This document shows positions 10,776-23,062 of a stretch of 36,553 nucleotides of DNA, in pieces. Each line of letters starts with the position of its first letter. Position 1 is the first letter of the stretch. Position numbers and translations under genes: made by a program. The notes under the pieces are model-generated. The model was given only the letters and a program-made list of their open reading frames with translations. It made no database searches and was not told the DNA's origin. The stretch comes from Octopus bimaculoides (lineage: Eukaryota), in assembly GCF_001194135.2 (NCBI RefSeq), contig NC_068983.1, positions 52,743,814-52,780,366 on the forward strand, in the 5' to 3' direction.

Positions 10776-11500
10776 AGGCAGTAAGCCTGCAGAAATGTGA
10801 GCACGCCAGGTGAAATGCTTCGCAGTACTTTGTCTGCCATTATGTTCTGAGTTCAAATTCCACCAACGTTGACTTTGCCTTTCATCCTTTCAGGGTCGAT
10901 TAAATAAGTACCAGTTATGCACTGGGGTCGATGTAATCGACTTAATCCCTTGTTTGCCCACTCTATGTTTAGCCCCCTGTGGACAATAAAAAAAAAGGTA
11001 TTTTGTCTGTCTTTACGTTCTGAGTTCAAATTCTGCTGAGGTCGACTTTGCCTTTCATCCTTTCGGGGTCGATAAATTCAGTACCAGTTACGCACTGGGA
11101 TTGATGTAATCGACTTAATCCCTTTGTCTGTCCTTGTTTGTTCCCTCTATGTTTAGCCCCTTGTGAGCAATAAAGAAATAAGAAACATTAGCAAACTGGG
11201 TGAAATGCATAGCAGCATTTCGTCTGTCTTTACGTTCTGAGTTCAAATTCTGCCGAGGTCGACTTTGCCTTTCATCCTTTCGGGGGAGTCGATAAATTAA
11301 GTACCAGTTGCATACTGGGGTCGATTTGTCCCCCTGCCATCGCTTGACAACCGATGCTGGTGTGTTTACATCCCCATGACTGAGTAGTTCAGCAAAAGAG
11401 ACAGATAGCATAAGTCCTGGGGTCGATTTGCTCGACTAAAGGCAGCACTCCAGCATGGCCGCAGTCAAATGACTGAAGCAAATAAAAGAATAAAAGAATA
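10776..11500 (+). mobile_element. Three tandem family B units, the third fused to the 3' half of family A
   Basis: B units start near 10776, 10999 and 11181; switch at GGGGTCGATTTGTCCCC (~11318-11334) into CATCGCTTGACAACCGATGCTGG...GACTGAAGCAAATAAAAGAATAAAAGAAT. Confidence 0.88.
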
Positions 11501-12849
11501 CTAAAGTAATTACATAGGACAACGAAAAATTGATTTAAAATAATAATGAGCTCATTGTATACAGTGCTCAGGTGCACGACAAATTGTAGGGAAAGAATAA
11601 AAAAGGGGACAGTGAGGTAGCAATGTGTCAAGCAAAGAAGGACAGTAATGAAAGCCAACAGGGAATGTTTAATACACAATAAAATACTGAAAGGTAGAAA
11701 AGGGGAGAGTAAAAAAGCCATAAAGAGGACAGGATGCATAGACATATGAAAAGTAGCAATGGTGGATTTCCAGCAGCATGGAATTGTTGAAGGATACAGT
11801 GTCTTCACAAAAGTACATGCAAAATATACAAGAAAAGCACAAAAGGACAGAAAAGTTAATAAAGGGGTGCATAGGTATATCAGAGGTAGTGTAAGGGACT
11901 TTTGGGAAGCATGGTATTTTTAAAGGATTTAATTTGTGTTAAATTCAGTTTTAGTTATGACAACAATATCAGTCAAAATTTGATGGTTGGTTTTGCCAAT
12001 TTGTGTCTCTGATTTAACTACCATGAAGACTTCTGGGATAAAAAGCACAGATTTATTTGCTCTATTGTCAAAATATATATAAATTATATCCTTCGGAATA
12101 TATAAAACATATTTTAAATGGAAAGAGTTAACACATTTTACCAGCCTAAAACAAACATGTAGAGAAGATATATAAAAGGATTATCATTGTCAAATTTAAT
12201 GTTAATTTTTCTCAGAAAATCATAAAATGCATCTTAGAGACCAAACAATTTTATATACTTTACGAAACATTTCCGGTAGATGTCAATTTAGAGTCCCTTA
12301 TACTTGTTATAATAACTTAGCATGTTATACAGCTTTAAGACAATACAGCTACGCATTTCTAAGCAACAGCAAGCAAGTGAACAAATGTTTAATTTCAGAA
12401 GCTGGTTCTTTCCAGATTTCCATTTAAATACTTTTACAAGTAATTTTTAAGAGCAAATTTAAGAAAAGATGCTCATGACAGATGACAGGATAAGGGAAAA
12501 CATTTTAGGATGAGCACTTAGAGATTACATAAGCTTTACAATTGAAAAGATAATAAAATGACAGCAACTCACAAGTTTACAAACTTAGCTACTTTGATAA
12601 TATTATTAGTGATTGATGGCAAGAACATGATGATTGTGATGATTGTGAGTAACGATGTTTGTTGCGAGTGAAAATGGAAGGGTGACTGTTGATGGTGGCT
12701 TGTAGATGCTGAGGAAGTAGTAGTGGTGTTGCTTTTGTGAGTTCAATAGTACTGTAAAAATTATTAGTTTTATAAAAGAAGAATAAAGTTTTTGAAGAAA
12801 ACGATGTTCTGACAGATTTTATTATAGCAATAAACTAATGCTATTTAGA

Positions 12850-13260
12850 TTATGATGGGCGTTAGGGGGATGTGGTGGTGCTGATGCTGGTGGTGATGCT
12901 GGTTGTGGTGGTGGTGGTGGTAGAGGTGATGGTCATAGTGGTAGTGGTGGTGGTGGTGGTAGTTGGTAGTTGGTGGTTCTGATTGTACTGGCAATGGTAT
13001 TTTGTTGTTGTCGTTGTTGCTGTCGGTGGTGGTGGTGGTGGTGTTGATGATGGTCGCAGTGGTAGTGGTGGTAGTGATCCTGTTACCGATTTGTTGTTGT
13101 TGTTGTTGTTGTTGCTGCTGATGTGGGCAGTGGTGTAAGTAACTACTGCTGCAGTTATTGCTGTTCTTGTTCTTTACGTTTGCTGTTGTTGTTGTTGTTA
13201 CTGTTCTAGCTGCTGCTACTCCTGCTGGCGATGGAGGTGGCGATGATGAGTGCCAGTACT
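12850..13260. repeat. Degenerate GGT/GTT/GCT trinucleotide low-complexity tract
   Basis: Direct reading. Confidence 0.9.
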
Positions 13261-14419
13261 AACTTTGCCTTAGTGCCTACGTGATGCTTCCAACCAGAAT
13301 CATGTCAAACCAGTACGATTTTTTTATTTCATTATTTCTTTAATTCCAATTTACCACAATTTTCCCCTGTGTCTCATTCTTCTTCTGGACTTAACCATAA
13401 AATTACTCATTGGCACTTTGGTATGAATAATGGCCAACATATCACTTAATATTCAAAAACTGACCCCTAGTTCAAATAAACAAAAATTATACACACTTTA
13501 CACCTGGTTGTCAACACAGATGGCCTTCTTTTAGTAACTGTTACAAAAGTTATAAAATTTGGCATTTACTACATATTGTTAATGTAATACAGGAATAAAT
13601 GTTTACATCACCATTTAACACACTTTTTTTTTCTGTTTTCAACAATAATCTTTTTCAAGGATTAGCAACACCCACTAACACAATAACTGCAAATAAGCAC
13701 CTACGCAGAAATTCTTATAACTTCATATACGCATACCTACACATGGCCTATCATTACAGGATGTTTATGTCAAATGAAAGGATATGAAATTGAAGTGAAA
13801 ACAAACATAATATAGTCTACTTTCATTATCAGGGAAACACTAGTAAGAGGAAAAGCTTAAATAAGTGCAGTGTTGGGATATGGTCTGGTTTGTGAATTTG
13901 AGAGAAATTTTACATCTGTTGAAATCTAAATCTGAGAAAACTGAAGATGGGGGTGAAAAAAATTTTTTTAAATAGAAAGTGATAAAGATAAAGAAATAGA
14001 CATAAATGTATATATATACATAGAGCAGAATAGTTTAGTTTCATTAAACTTGGCAATGTTTCGCTATTTGGGATGTGTTTTCGAACGTGATTATCTTTAA
14101 TTAACTCAAATAACATCAGTGGGATATAAAATAGATTTCGCTAATATAAGCAAAAACCATGACTATTAGAGTACATTTGAATTGCATTGATACACAATTT
14201 ATGTAATAAAAACACAAAGCAGTAATATATATATATATATATATATACATAAAAATATAAACATATACACACATACATATATATACATATATAAACACAC
14301 ACACACACATATATACATATATATATATATATCTGTACCCAGATATGCACCTATACATACAGGTGGATGTCGGTATGCACATACCTGTACGTATATATGC
14401 ATATACTCATTTACTTTTG

Positions 14420-14454
<35 letters not shown>

Positions 14455-14964
14455 TGGGGGTGTATGTGTATGCACCAATGTTATCTACAATGAAGGATCA
14501 TAGTTTGTTCCTTCAGAGGAAGTTGATAGCAAATGTATAACTCCAGCAAGCAAACCAGCTAACCAGACGGACAGCCAGCCAGCAAACCAGCCTGTAAGTC
14601 ACCAGAACTGAGAGCTGTGCAGCCAGATATCCAGCTAGGGGTTACATCAGTAAGATTATTGCAGATAATTATTTATTATTATATATAATAGGGAAGTAAT
14701 TTCTGTAGTTTGGAGCCAGTTAGTTTCTAAATATAGACCTCAGGCAGATATACGTAAATGGAAAATCTTACACTTACAGACAGGAAGATAAGATGTGTAT
14801 ACGTTGTGTATATATGCACATATGCAACTGTATACATTTAAAATGTTAGGTTGGTGGAGGGTATGAACATATGTATATAAATAATACACACACACACACA
14901 CACACATACACACATGTGCTTATGTATGTGTATATATATACATATATATATATGTATATGTATG

Positions 14965-15011
<47 letters not shown>

Positions 15012-15788
15012 NNNNNNNNNNNNNNNNNNNNNNNNNNNNNNNNNNNNNNNNNNNNNNNNNNNNNNNNNNNNNNNNNNNNNNNNNNNNNNNNNNNNNNNNN
15101 NNNNNNNNNNNNNNNNNNNNNNNNNNNNNNNNNNNNNNNNNNNNNNNNNNNNNNNNNNNNNNNNNNNNNNNNNNNNNNNNNNNNNNNNNNNNNNNNNNNN
15201 NNNNNNNNNNNNNNNNNNNNNNNNNNNNNNNNNNNNNNNNNNNNNNNNNNNNNNNNNNNNNNNNNNNNNNNNNNNNNNNNNNNNNNNNNNNNNNNNNNNN
15301 NNNNNNNNNNNNNNNNNNNNNNNNNNNNNNNNNNNNNNNNNNNNNNNNNNNNNNNNNNNNNNNNNNNNNNNNNNNNNNNNNNNNNNNNNNNNNNNNNNNN
15401 NNNNNNNNNNNNNNNNNNNNNNNNNNNNNNNNNNNNNNNNNNNNNNNNNNNNNNNNNNNNNNNNNNNNNNNNNNNNNNNNNNNNNNNNNNNNNNNNNNNN
15501 NNNNNNNNNNNNNNNNNNNNNNNNNNNNNNNNNNNNNNNNNNNNNNNNNNNNNNNNNNNNNNNNNNNNNNNNNNNNNNNNNNNNNNNNNNNNNNNNNNNN
15601 NNNNNNNNNNNNNNNNNNNNNNNNNNNNNNNNNNNNNNNNNNNNNNNNNNNNNNNNNNNNNNNNNNNNNNNNNNNNNNNNNNNNNNNNNNNNNNNNNNNN
15701 NNNNNNNNNNNNNNNNNNNNNNNNNNNNNNNNNNNNNNNNNNNNNNNNNNNNNNNNNNNNNNNNNNNNNNNNNNNNNNNNNNNNNNNN

Positions 15789-15865
<77 letters not shown>

Positions 15866-16380
15866 TGAGAGTTAGAAGAATGGGATGAAGGGGAACAGAG
15901 AAATATAGAATATAAATACGCAGTCAAGAGGATACATTAACCACTACACAAATATACATGTAGAACCATTTGCACAAATTTCATAGTGTGTTATTATAGT
16001 ATTGCCAAAAACAGTCCTGTTTAACACTCCAGAATTATAAGAATAACATGCTAAGTGGAATCTGAGATCAGCAATAGTGATTATTTTTGATTATCAAATA
16101 ATGTTGCAGTGGTGTGAGGTTTTTGTAAACTATTTAGAGATGGAGATTTATATAAACCATATAAATCTATATATATACATACATATATGCATGGTGTGTG
16201 TGTGTGTGTGTGTACTCAACAAATGTAGTAGTTACTCTATGAAGGAGTCCCTAATTTGCATACTGAAAATGTCTACCACTTTATAAATACCAACGAGGGA
16301 TCTTAGTCCACATATTATATCAAGGTATGATATAATATATATGTAACATATGGTATAATTATAAGTATATATATAAACAT

Positions 16381-16770
16381 TTCTTCTTCTTGGCACTCCG
16401 TTGCTTACGACAATGAGGGTTCCAGTTGATCCGATCAACGGAACAGCTTGCTCGTGAATTTAACGCGCAAGTGGCTGAGCACTCCACAGACATGTGTACC
16501 CTTAACGTAGTTCTCGAGGATATTCAGTGTGACACAGTGTGATAAGGCTGGCTCTTTGAATTACAGGTACAACAGAAACAGGAAGTAAGAGTAAGAGAAA
16601 GTTGTGGTGAAAGAGTACAGCAGGGTTCGCCACCAATCCCCTGCTGGAGCCTCGTGGAGCTTTAGGCGTTTTCGCTCTATAAACACTCACAATGCCCAGT
16701 CTGGGAATTGAAACTGCAATCCTATGACCACGAGTCCGCTGCCTTAACCACTGGGCCATTGTGCCTCCAC
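16381..16770 (-). mobile_element. SINE family E, full length with (AAG)n tail
   Basis: 10-bp TSD ATATAAACAT at 16371-16380 and 16771-16780. Confidence 0.93.
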
Positions 16771-16848
16771 ATATAAACATATATGGTGATTATGATGATG
16801 ATGGTGGTGGTGGTTGTGGTGGTGGTGGTGGTGTAGGTATACAGATAT

Positions 16849-16960
16849 AGACGGGGCTATGTGGTTGAGAAATTTTCTTCTTCAAATAGTAGTTTTGTGT
16901 TCAATTCTACTTAATGACACACTGGGTAAATATTTTCTATTCTCAGTCTAGGTTAGTCTA
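16849..16960 (+). mobile_element. SINE family A-like, very diverged head
   Basis: GGGGCTATGTGGTTGAGAAA...GTTCAATTCTAC...GGGTAAATATTTTCTA. Confidence 0.5.
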
Positions 16961-16989
16961 CAATAATCCTGACTCCTATAAATGTACAT

Positions 16990-17020
<31 letters not shown>

Positions 17021-17021
<1 letters not shown>

Positions 17022-17391
17022 CATCATTGTCATCATCATCATCATTCAACATCCGTTGTTCATGGTGGCATGGGTTGGACAGTTTGACTGAATGGCATTC
17101 TGGGAGGCTGCACCAGGCTCCAGTCTGATTTGACATGGTTTTCTATGGCTGAATGCCTTTCCTAATGCCAACCATTCTGAGAGTGTAATGGGTGCTTATA
17201 CGAGCCACCAGCATGGATGCCATTTGCATGACACCGGTATCTGTTATGACTGCAATTTGTTAAGTAACACTGTTTTAAACTAGGATGCTCTTCCTGTCAC
17301 CAGCACTTACTTATTTTTCAAGCAGACTGATTTGGCATGGTTTTCTATGGCTGGATGCCCTTCCTAATGCCAACCACTCCGAGAGTGTAAT
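17021..17391 (-). mobile_element. Family D 3' parts, two partly duplicated pieces
   Basis: 17122-17191 and 17324-17391 both carry TGATTTG(A/G)CATGGTTTT(T)CTATGGCTG(A/G)ATGCC(T/C)TTCCTAATGCCAACCA. Confidence 0.85.
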
Positions 17392-17759
17392 GGTCACTGA
17401 GAGAAGGACAAAGGTGCTATTCAAGCTTTTGTCAATTAAATCTAATTATCTATGGATATCTCACTATAATTTATGCAAGATAGCCATCATCTGATGAGAT
17501 GCGGCAATCATTCATGTTATATATGTATACATGCGTGATTGTGAGTGTATACATGTGTGTGAATATATATATTTCTAGATCATTTATGTAAAGAAGTGGC
17601 AATGTTGACAATTGTTATTGACAGAGCAAACAGTTGTTCAATGCTTTCAAAGGTGAACTACATTGGAGAACTATGTTGCGCAGAAACAATTGTAGTGATT
17701 TCAAATAAATGTCCAATTGTACTCCTTGTTGGCCCCAATGTATTCAGTTATATATATAT

Positions 17760-17950
17760 CGCGATGACAGATCACTAGCGACTCTACTTTTTTCTATTTT
17801 CGCTCCTTGTTTATTTCTGTGTTCCTTTCTGTCAAAGAGCGTAAGCTCGAAATGTAAAAGACTTTCTCATTTCCCGAGCATTAAACTAATACATCTGTTT
17901 GTTGTTTACATACCTATCTTTGTCTTTTGTGTTTTTGTAAATTCTCACTA
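17760..17950 (+). mobile_element. Short hammerhead-bearing repeat, related to but distinct from the H5/H7 family
   Basis: Pyrimidine-rich lead, hammerhead motif, CCCGAGC downstream and T-rich tail, the same layout as 30745-30933. Confidence 0.6.
17825..17860 (+). ncRNA. Degenerate type-I hammerhead motif H6
   Basis: cttt-CTGTCAA-A-GAGC(GTAA)GCTC-GAAA-TGT-A-aaag: perfect stems I and II, two core changes. Confidence 0.55.
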
Positions 17951-17968
17951 TAATACAGTATATGTGTG

Positions 17969-18009
<41 letters not shown>

Positions 18010-18037
18010 CACACACACACACATATATATATATAGG

Positions 18038-18292
18038 TAAAGTGGCTGAGTTTTTTTCAAGCATTGGGCCTTTTGAGTGTTGGGCCTCATGGAGGCAATG
18101 ACCAAGACTTTTGGCATTATGTTGCATTTGAGAAGAAGGTCCATCAAACTGAGCAAAATTGCAGTCATAGCAGATATCGGTGTTGCTCAAATGGCACTTG
18201 TGCCGGTGGCATGTAAATGCACCCATTTCACTCTTGGAGTGGTTGGCTTTAGGAAGGGCATTCAGTCATAGAAAACCATACCAAATCAGACT
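18038..18292 (+). mobile_element. Family D variant (alternative 5' region shared with 30968-31380)
   Basis: GAGTGTTGGGCCTCA...AAATTGCAGT...GGCACTTGTGCCGGTGGCATGTAAATGCACCCA. Confidence 0.75.
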
Positions 18293-18469
18293 GCTTTTAA
18301 AGATGTGCAGAATTAAAAATTACAAGCTCTTATTTGAAAAACAGGTAAGGGCTGGTGACAGGAAGAGCATCCCAGATTAAAACAGTGTCGCTTAACAAAT
18401 CAATTCTCATCCAAGCCATACTTGCGAGAAAAACAGAGGTGCTGAATGAACAAACAAGTACCTGGATGA

Positions 18470-18895
18470 GATATATATATGTGTGTATATGCGTGCATGT
18501 TTGTATGTACATGTCTGTGTGTGTATGTGTGTAAATATGCACACACACACACACACATATATATATAATATATACACACACATAGTTATATATGTGCATA
18601 TATATATATATATATATACACATACACAACATATATAATATATACATACACATGCATACAAACAAATTCATTTATGCAGACACATGGATACAAGTATATA
18701 TACTTAAGTATACACACACACAAACACACACATATATATATATATACACATACATAGATATACACATAAATTTATATATACACAGATGCATATACATTTA
18801 TACATACATATAGATACATACATACACACACATGTTCACATGCGTATACCAACTCAAACACAAACACACCACACTCACACACACACAACACACAC

Positions 18896-18930
<35 letters not shown>
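18470..18930. repeat. Compound TA/CA/TG microsatellite
   Basis: Direct reading. Confidence 0.95.
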
Positions 18931-19184
18931 CAGTGACATCATCGTATGCTAATATTCATTTGACTCACAGGAATCCAACAGAAAACATCTAAGCAAATTA
19001 TAAGCCAGTGGAAGTGCTCAGGGACTAATTACATGCAATTAGAAATTATATTTTACTTAGAAGTATGGCATGTGACTAAAGTGAAGAAAGGAAGTAGAAA
19101 GACTATAATCTTTGATACTCTACACCAAGAAAATATGTGTACTACCAGTTCACAATCTCATGTATGTATGTGTGTGTGTATGTA

Positions 19185-19520
19185 TGTGTGTGGAGTGGAG
19201 TGAAAGCTTTTGAGGAGGCCAGGATGACACATGCAAGATTCAAGAAAGATTTAAAGAAGAATGTTGCAATCGAGAACGTGAGTCTTAGTGACCTTTTTGT
19301 GGGCACAGTTTGTGACAGACCATGCCTTTCTTTTGCTGGGCTTACATTTCATTTGCAAACCCATGTAAAACGAACCTCCACCAACTACTATGCTTATATA
19401 TCTCTGCACACCATTCAATGCCATGTATGCCACAAGGCCTGCAAATCTAACAAAAGCCTCAAAAGACATTTTAAGATCTACAAAGATCAGAACTTAACTA
19501 CAGCTCTTTGTGGTCTAAAT
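19185..19520 (+). mobile_element. RTE-type LINE ORF2 C-terminus with two C2H2-like fingers
   Basis: ORF 19137-19550: VWSGVKAFEEARMTHARFKK...FVGTVCDRPCLSFAGLTFHLQTH...QCHVCHKACKSNKSLKRHFKIY; matches the RTE pattern W...G...FE..R...K..K followed by C..C.R.C.S..GL..H. Confidence 0.8.
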
Positions 19521-19639
19521 CAGATATACTGGACTCTTCAACACTGTTAGCTTTTGGCTTTTGATATAATAACCATATTTATGCACTCATTTAATATATT
19601 GAGTTCTCTATCAGATATTCTATGCAAAATAGATTTTAG

Positions 19640-19855
19640 CCATTTAGCATTTAAGGTCATATCAAATTCAAATGTGAAACCTGTTTTATGTTCAAACCAG
19701 TCAGATCCAGCCCATCACACCTACACTTCAATGTCATTCTAAAAATACACAATTACCTCATCAAAATTTCGAAGCTACAAAATAGTGTATGATTAATTAA
19801 AACAATGTGAATGAAAAAGCATTACATTTGTCAGAAAAATCTGAATGCCAAGGAA
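19640..19855. mobile_element. piggyBac-type MITE, degenerate
   Basis: TTAG|CCATTTAGCATT ... AATGCCAAGGAA|TTAA: imperfect TIRs with TTAA-like flanks. Confidence 0.55.
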
Positions 19856-20227
19856 TTAATATACTTTACAACTATTACATTATAATACATGTATTTACAT
19901 GTATATATGTATATATATTATGCATGTATATCTGTCTCCAGTGAAATCAGTATTATTTTTTTTCAAGTAGTCAACTGGATTATTTGAAAGTGAGGAATCT
20001 TTTGAAGTTTGGTTGAAGAGGAACTGAAGAGTTAACTTGAAAAGTATTAGCAAAATAATATTGAGCTGTGTTACAGCATTAGTTGAAGTTGACTGAATAT
20101 TTAAAAGAATTAATAAGAATATGTTGCATCTGCATTCAGATTCTTGTCTGACATGTCATTTTGGATCATTTTCCTAATTTGTGATATACTTTGTTTGTGT
20201 CACTAAGAACCCAGTGATGAACTTGCA

Positions 20228-20700
20228 TGGCTCACTGGTTAGGGCATTAGGCTCATGGGTTCGATTCCTTATGACACATTGTATCCTTGAACAAGACACT
20301 TTATTTCACATTGCTCTAGTCCAGTCAGCTGGCAGAAGCGTTAGCATGCCGGGCGAAATGCTTAGCAGTATTTCGTCTGCCACAACTTCTGAGTTCAAAT
20401 TCCACCGAGGTCGACTTTGCCTTTTATCCTTTTGGGGTCGATAAATTAAGTACCAGTTACGCACTTGGGTCGATGTAATCGACTTAATCCCTTGTTTGTC
20501 CCCTCTATGTTTAGCTCCTTGCGGACAGTAAAGAAATAAGAAATGAGTTGTACCTGTAATTCAAAAGGCCTGACCCTGAATTTGAAATCTACATTAAGGG
20601 TATGCGTGTTTGTGAAGTGTTCAGTTAATTCCACAAGTAGGTTGTTCCATTGATTAATCAACTGGAACACTCATTGTCATAACCAACAGAGCGTCAGTTA
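20228..20700 (+). mobile_element. E-related SINE interrupted by a family B monomer (~20335-20543)
   Basis: tRNA head GGTTCGATTCC and CCTTGAACAAGACACTT...CAGCTGGCAGAA; then a B unit; then ATGAGTTGTACCTGTAATTCAAAAGG, matching the E body. Confidence 0.75.
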
Positions 20701-20863
20701 TAAGTTATAAGAACCCAATGACAGTCTGTTGACCATTTTGGTTATAAGTCAAATAATAATTACTATTTTGAGTCCTAAGAAGCACATTCCCAGTCACCAA
20801 GTTTCCATGGCATCCAAGAGACCAAGATCACAAAACTCTCCCTGAATTGGACACCATGGTTAC

Positions 20864-21096
20864 TCTTTTACTCTTTTATTTGTCTCAGTCATTTTGACAG
20901 TGGCCATGCTGGAGCACCGCCTTTAGTCAAGCAAATCGACCACAGGACTTATTCTTTGTAAGCCTAGTACTTATTTTATCGGTCTCTTTTGCCGAACCGC
21001 TAAGTTACGGGGACATAAACACACCAGCATTGGTTGTCAAGCGATGTTGGGGGGACAAACACAGACACACAAACACATACACACAAATACATATAC

Positions 21097-21145
<49 letters not shown>

Positions 21146-21304
21146 TATGACAGTCTACTTTCAGTTTCCGTCTACCAAATCCACTCACAAGAATTTGGTC
21201 GGCCCAAGGCTATAGTAGAAGACACTTGCCTAAGGTGCCACGCAGTGGGACTGAACCCGGAAGCATGTGGTTGGTAGGCAAGCTACTTACCACACAGCCA
21301 CTCC
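20864..21304 (-). mobile_element. SINE family A, full length (tRNA head, internal TA/TG microsatellite, 3' tail with (AAAGAGT)n)
   Basis: Both halves contiguous; defines the family structure. Confidence 0.93.
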
Positions 21305-21425
21305 AACAGCTGAGAGGACGGAGCAATGTGAATGAAGTGTCTTGCTCAAAAATACAATGCACCACCCAGATCAGGAATCTTGGAATTGTTAATGCAATAC
21401 TCCAACCAAAATGCCACATTCTTCC
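21305..21425 (-). mobile_element. Old SINE fragment with TTGAGCAAGACACTT motif
   Basis: Similar to 20280-20335. Confidence 0.45.
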
Positions 21426-21654
21426 CTCAACCATTTCAGTTAGATAAGGCAAAATCCAAAAGTTGTTGGTTCTTGAGCTTGTCTCAACAAGACAGAGTGA
21501 CCTGTTCTACAGAAACCGGTCCACTCTCTTACCAACTAGACTTTAATAAAAACATCACACAGAACAGAACTGACCATTGTCCAGTCATATTTTCAGCTAT
21601 TTTAAATATTTGCTTTTAATTCAGTTATGAAGCCAGCAATTTTAAGAGGAACAG

Positions 21655-21890
21655 GATCAGTACCGCCTGACTGGCTTCCATGCCGGTGGCATGTAAAAGC
21701 ACCCACTACACTCTCAGAGTGGTTGGTGTTAGGAAGGGCATCCAGCTGTAGAAACTCTGCCAAATCATATTGGAGCCTGGTGTAGCCATCTTGTTTCACC
21801 AGTCCTCAGTCAAATCGTCCAACCCATGCTAGCATGGAAAGCGAACATTAAGCGATGATGATGAGGAGGAGGAGGATGATGATGATAGTG
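21655..21890 (+). mobile_element. Family D element, 5' truncated
   Basis: One module plus 3' end CCAACCCATGCTAGCATGGAAAGCG. Confidence 0.9.
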
Positions 21891-22337
21891 ATCAGTTCAT
21901 TGCATCAACTCCAGTGTATCACTGTTATTTTATCTTACTGGCTTCAAAAGAATGAAAGACAGATTTGATCTCAGCAGTATTTGAACTTAGTAAGTAAAGA
22001 AATAAGAGAAGCAATACTACAAATCATTTGTCCAACGCACTTACATTTCTGCTAATGAACTCTCTTAAATAACATGACATGTTAAACTGACTGAGAAATA
22101 ATTTGCTAAGCTATATTTTTCTCACATTAAAAACGTTCATGTTATTTTCTTTCTGTTTACTTCTGTGCCATTATCTGCTTGTAGTGACACTGAAATGAAA
22201 GTTAATTCTGAACATTGAATGGAATTTATTTGCACAACAGTAAAGTACATATTTGACCTTAAAAAATAACAAATGCAGGACGTTTTCTGCAACTGTTATG
22301 TACACAACATTTTATTAATATTGCATATCATTTGTAA

Positions 22338-22482
22338 GCAAGACACAGCTGTGTGTGTAAGGAATTTCCTTACCAATTACATGGTTTCAAGTTTAGTCCC
22401 ACAGGCAAGTGTCTTTCACTGTAACCCCAGATCAATCAATGCCTAGAGAGTAAAAATGGCCAACAGAAACTATGTAGAAGGT
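22338..22482 (+). mobile_element. SINE family A-like, old copy
   Basis: Diverged, colinear with family A 5' half. Confidence 0.6.
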
Positions 22483-22570
22483 TGCCATATATATATTATG
22501 ATATATATATATATTTGTATGTATAATATCATTATATATATATACATATATATAATATTATAATATGTAT

Positions 22571-22872
22571 AGGTGCAGGAGTGGCTGTGTGGTAAGTAGC
22601 TTGCTTACCAACCACATGGTTACGGGTTCAGTCCCAGGAAAAGTGTCTTCTACTATAGCCTCGGGCCACCCAAAGCCTTGTTAGTGGATTTGGTAGACGA
22701 AAACTGAAAGAAGCCCATTGTATATATGAATATATATACAAGAATAAGGGCAGAGAATCGTCAATTAATATATATATACATATATATATGAATATATATA
22801 TGTATGTGTGTGTATATGTTTGCATGTCTGTGTTTCTCCCCGCCAATATCAGGTGTGTTTACATCCCCATAA
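22571..22872 (+). mobile_element. SINE family A, 3' truncated
   Basis: GGTGCAGGAGTGGCTGTGTGGTAAGTAGCTTGCTTACC...GTGTTTACATCCCCATAAC. Confidence 0.9.
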
Positions 22873-22899
22873 CCCTTCAAGAAGGGTTTTAGTTAAATA

Positions 22900-23062
22900 T
22901 ATACGATGGGCTTCTTTCAGCTTCCATCACTCAAATCCACTCAGAAAGCTTTGGTTGATCTGAAGCTATAGTCGTAAACACTTGCCTAAGATGCCATGCA
23001 ATGAGAATCAACCCAAAACCATGTGGTTATGAAGCAAGCATCTCGACCACACAACCATGCCT
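22900..23062 (-). mobile_element. SINE family A, 5' half, inverted relative to the previous copy
   Basis: GGGCTTCTTTCAGCTTCC...CCACACAACCATGCCT. Confidence 0.85.

Noticed and set aside
17485-17520. CTGATGA-GATG...CATT as a hammerhead
   Set aside because: No GAAA or stem III follows.
19137-19550. Host C2H2 zinc-finger gene
   Set aside because: The start is in microsatellite, Zn ligands are mutated, there are no TGEKP linkers, and it follows an RTE C-terminal motif.
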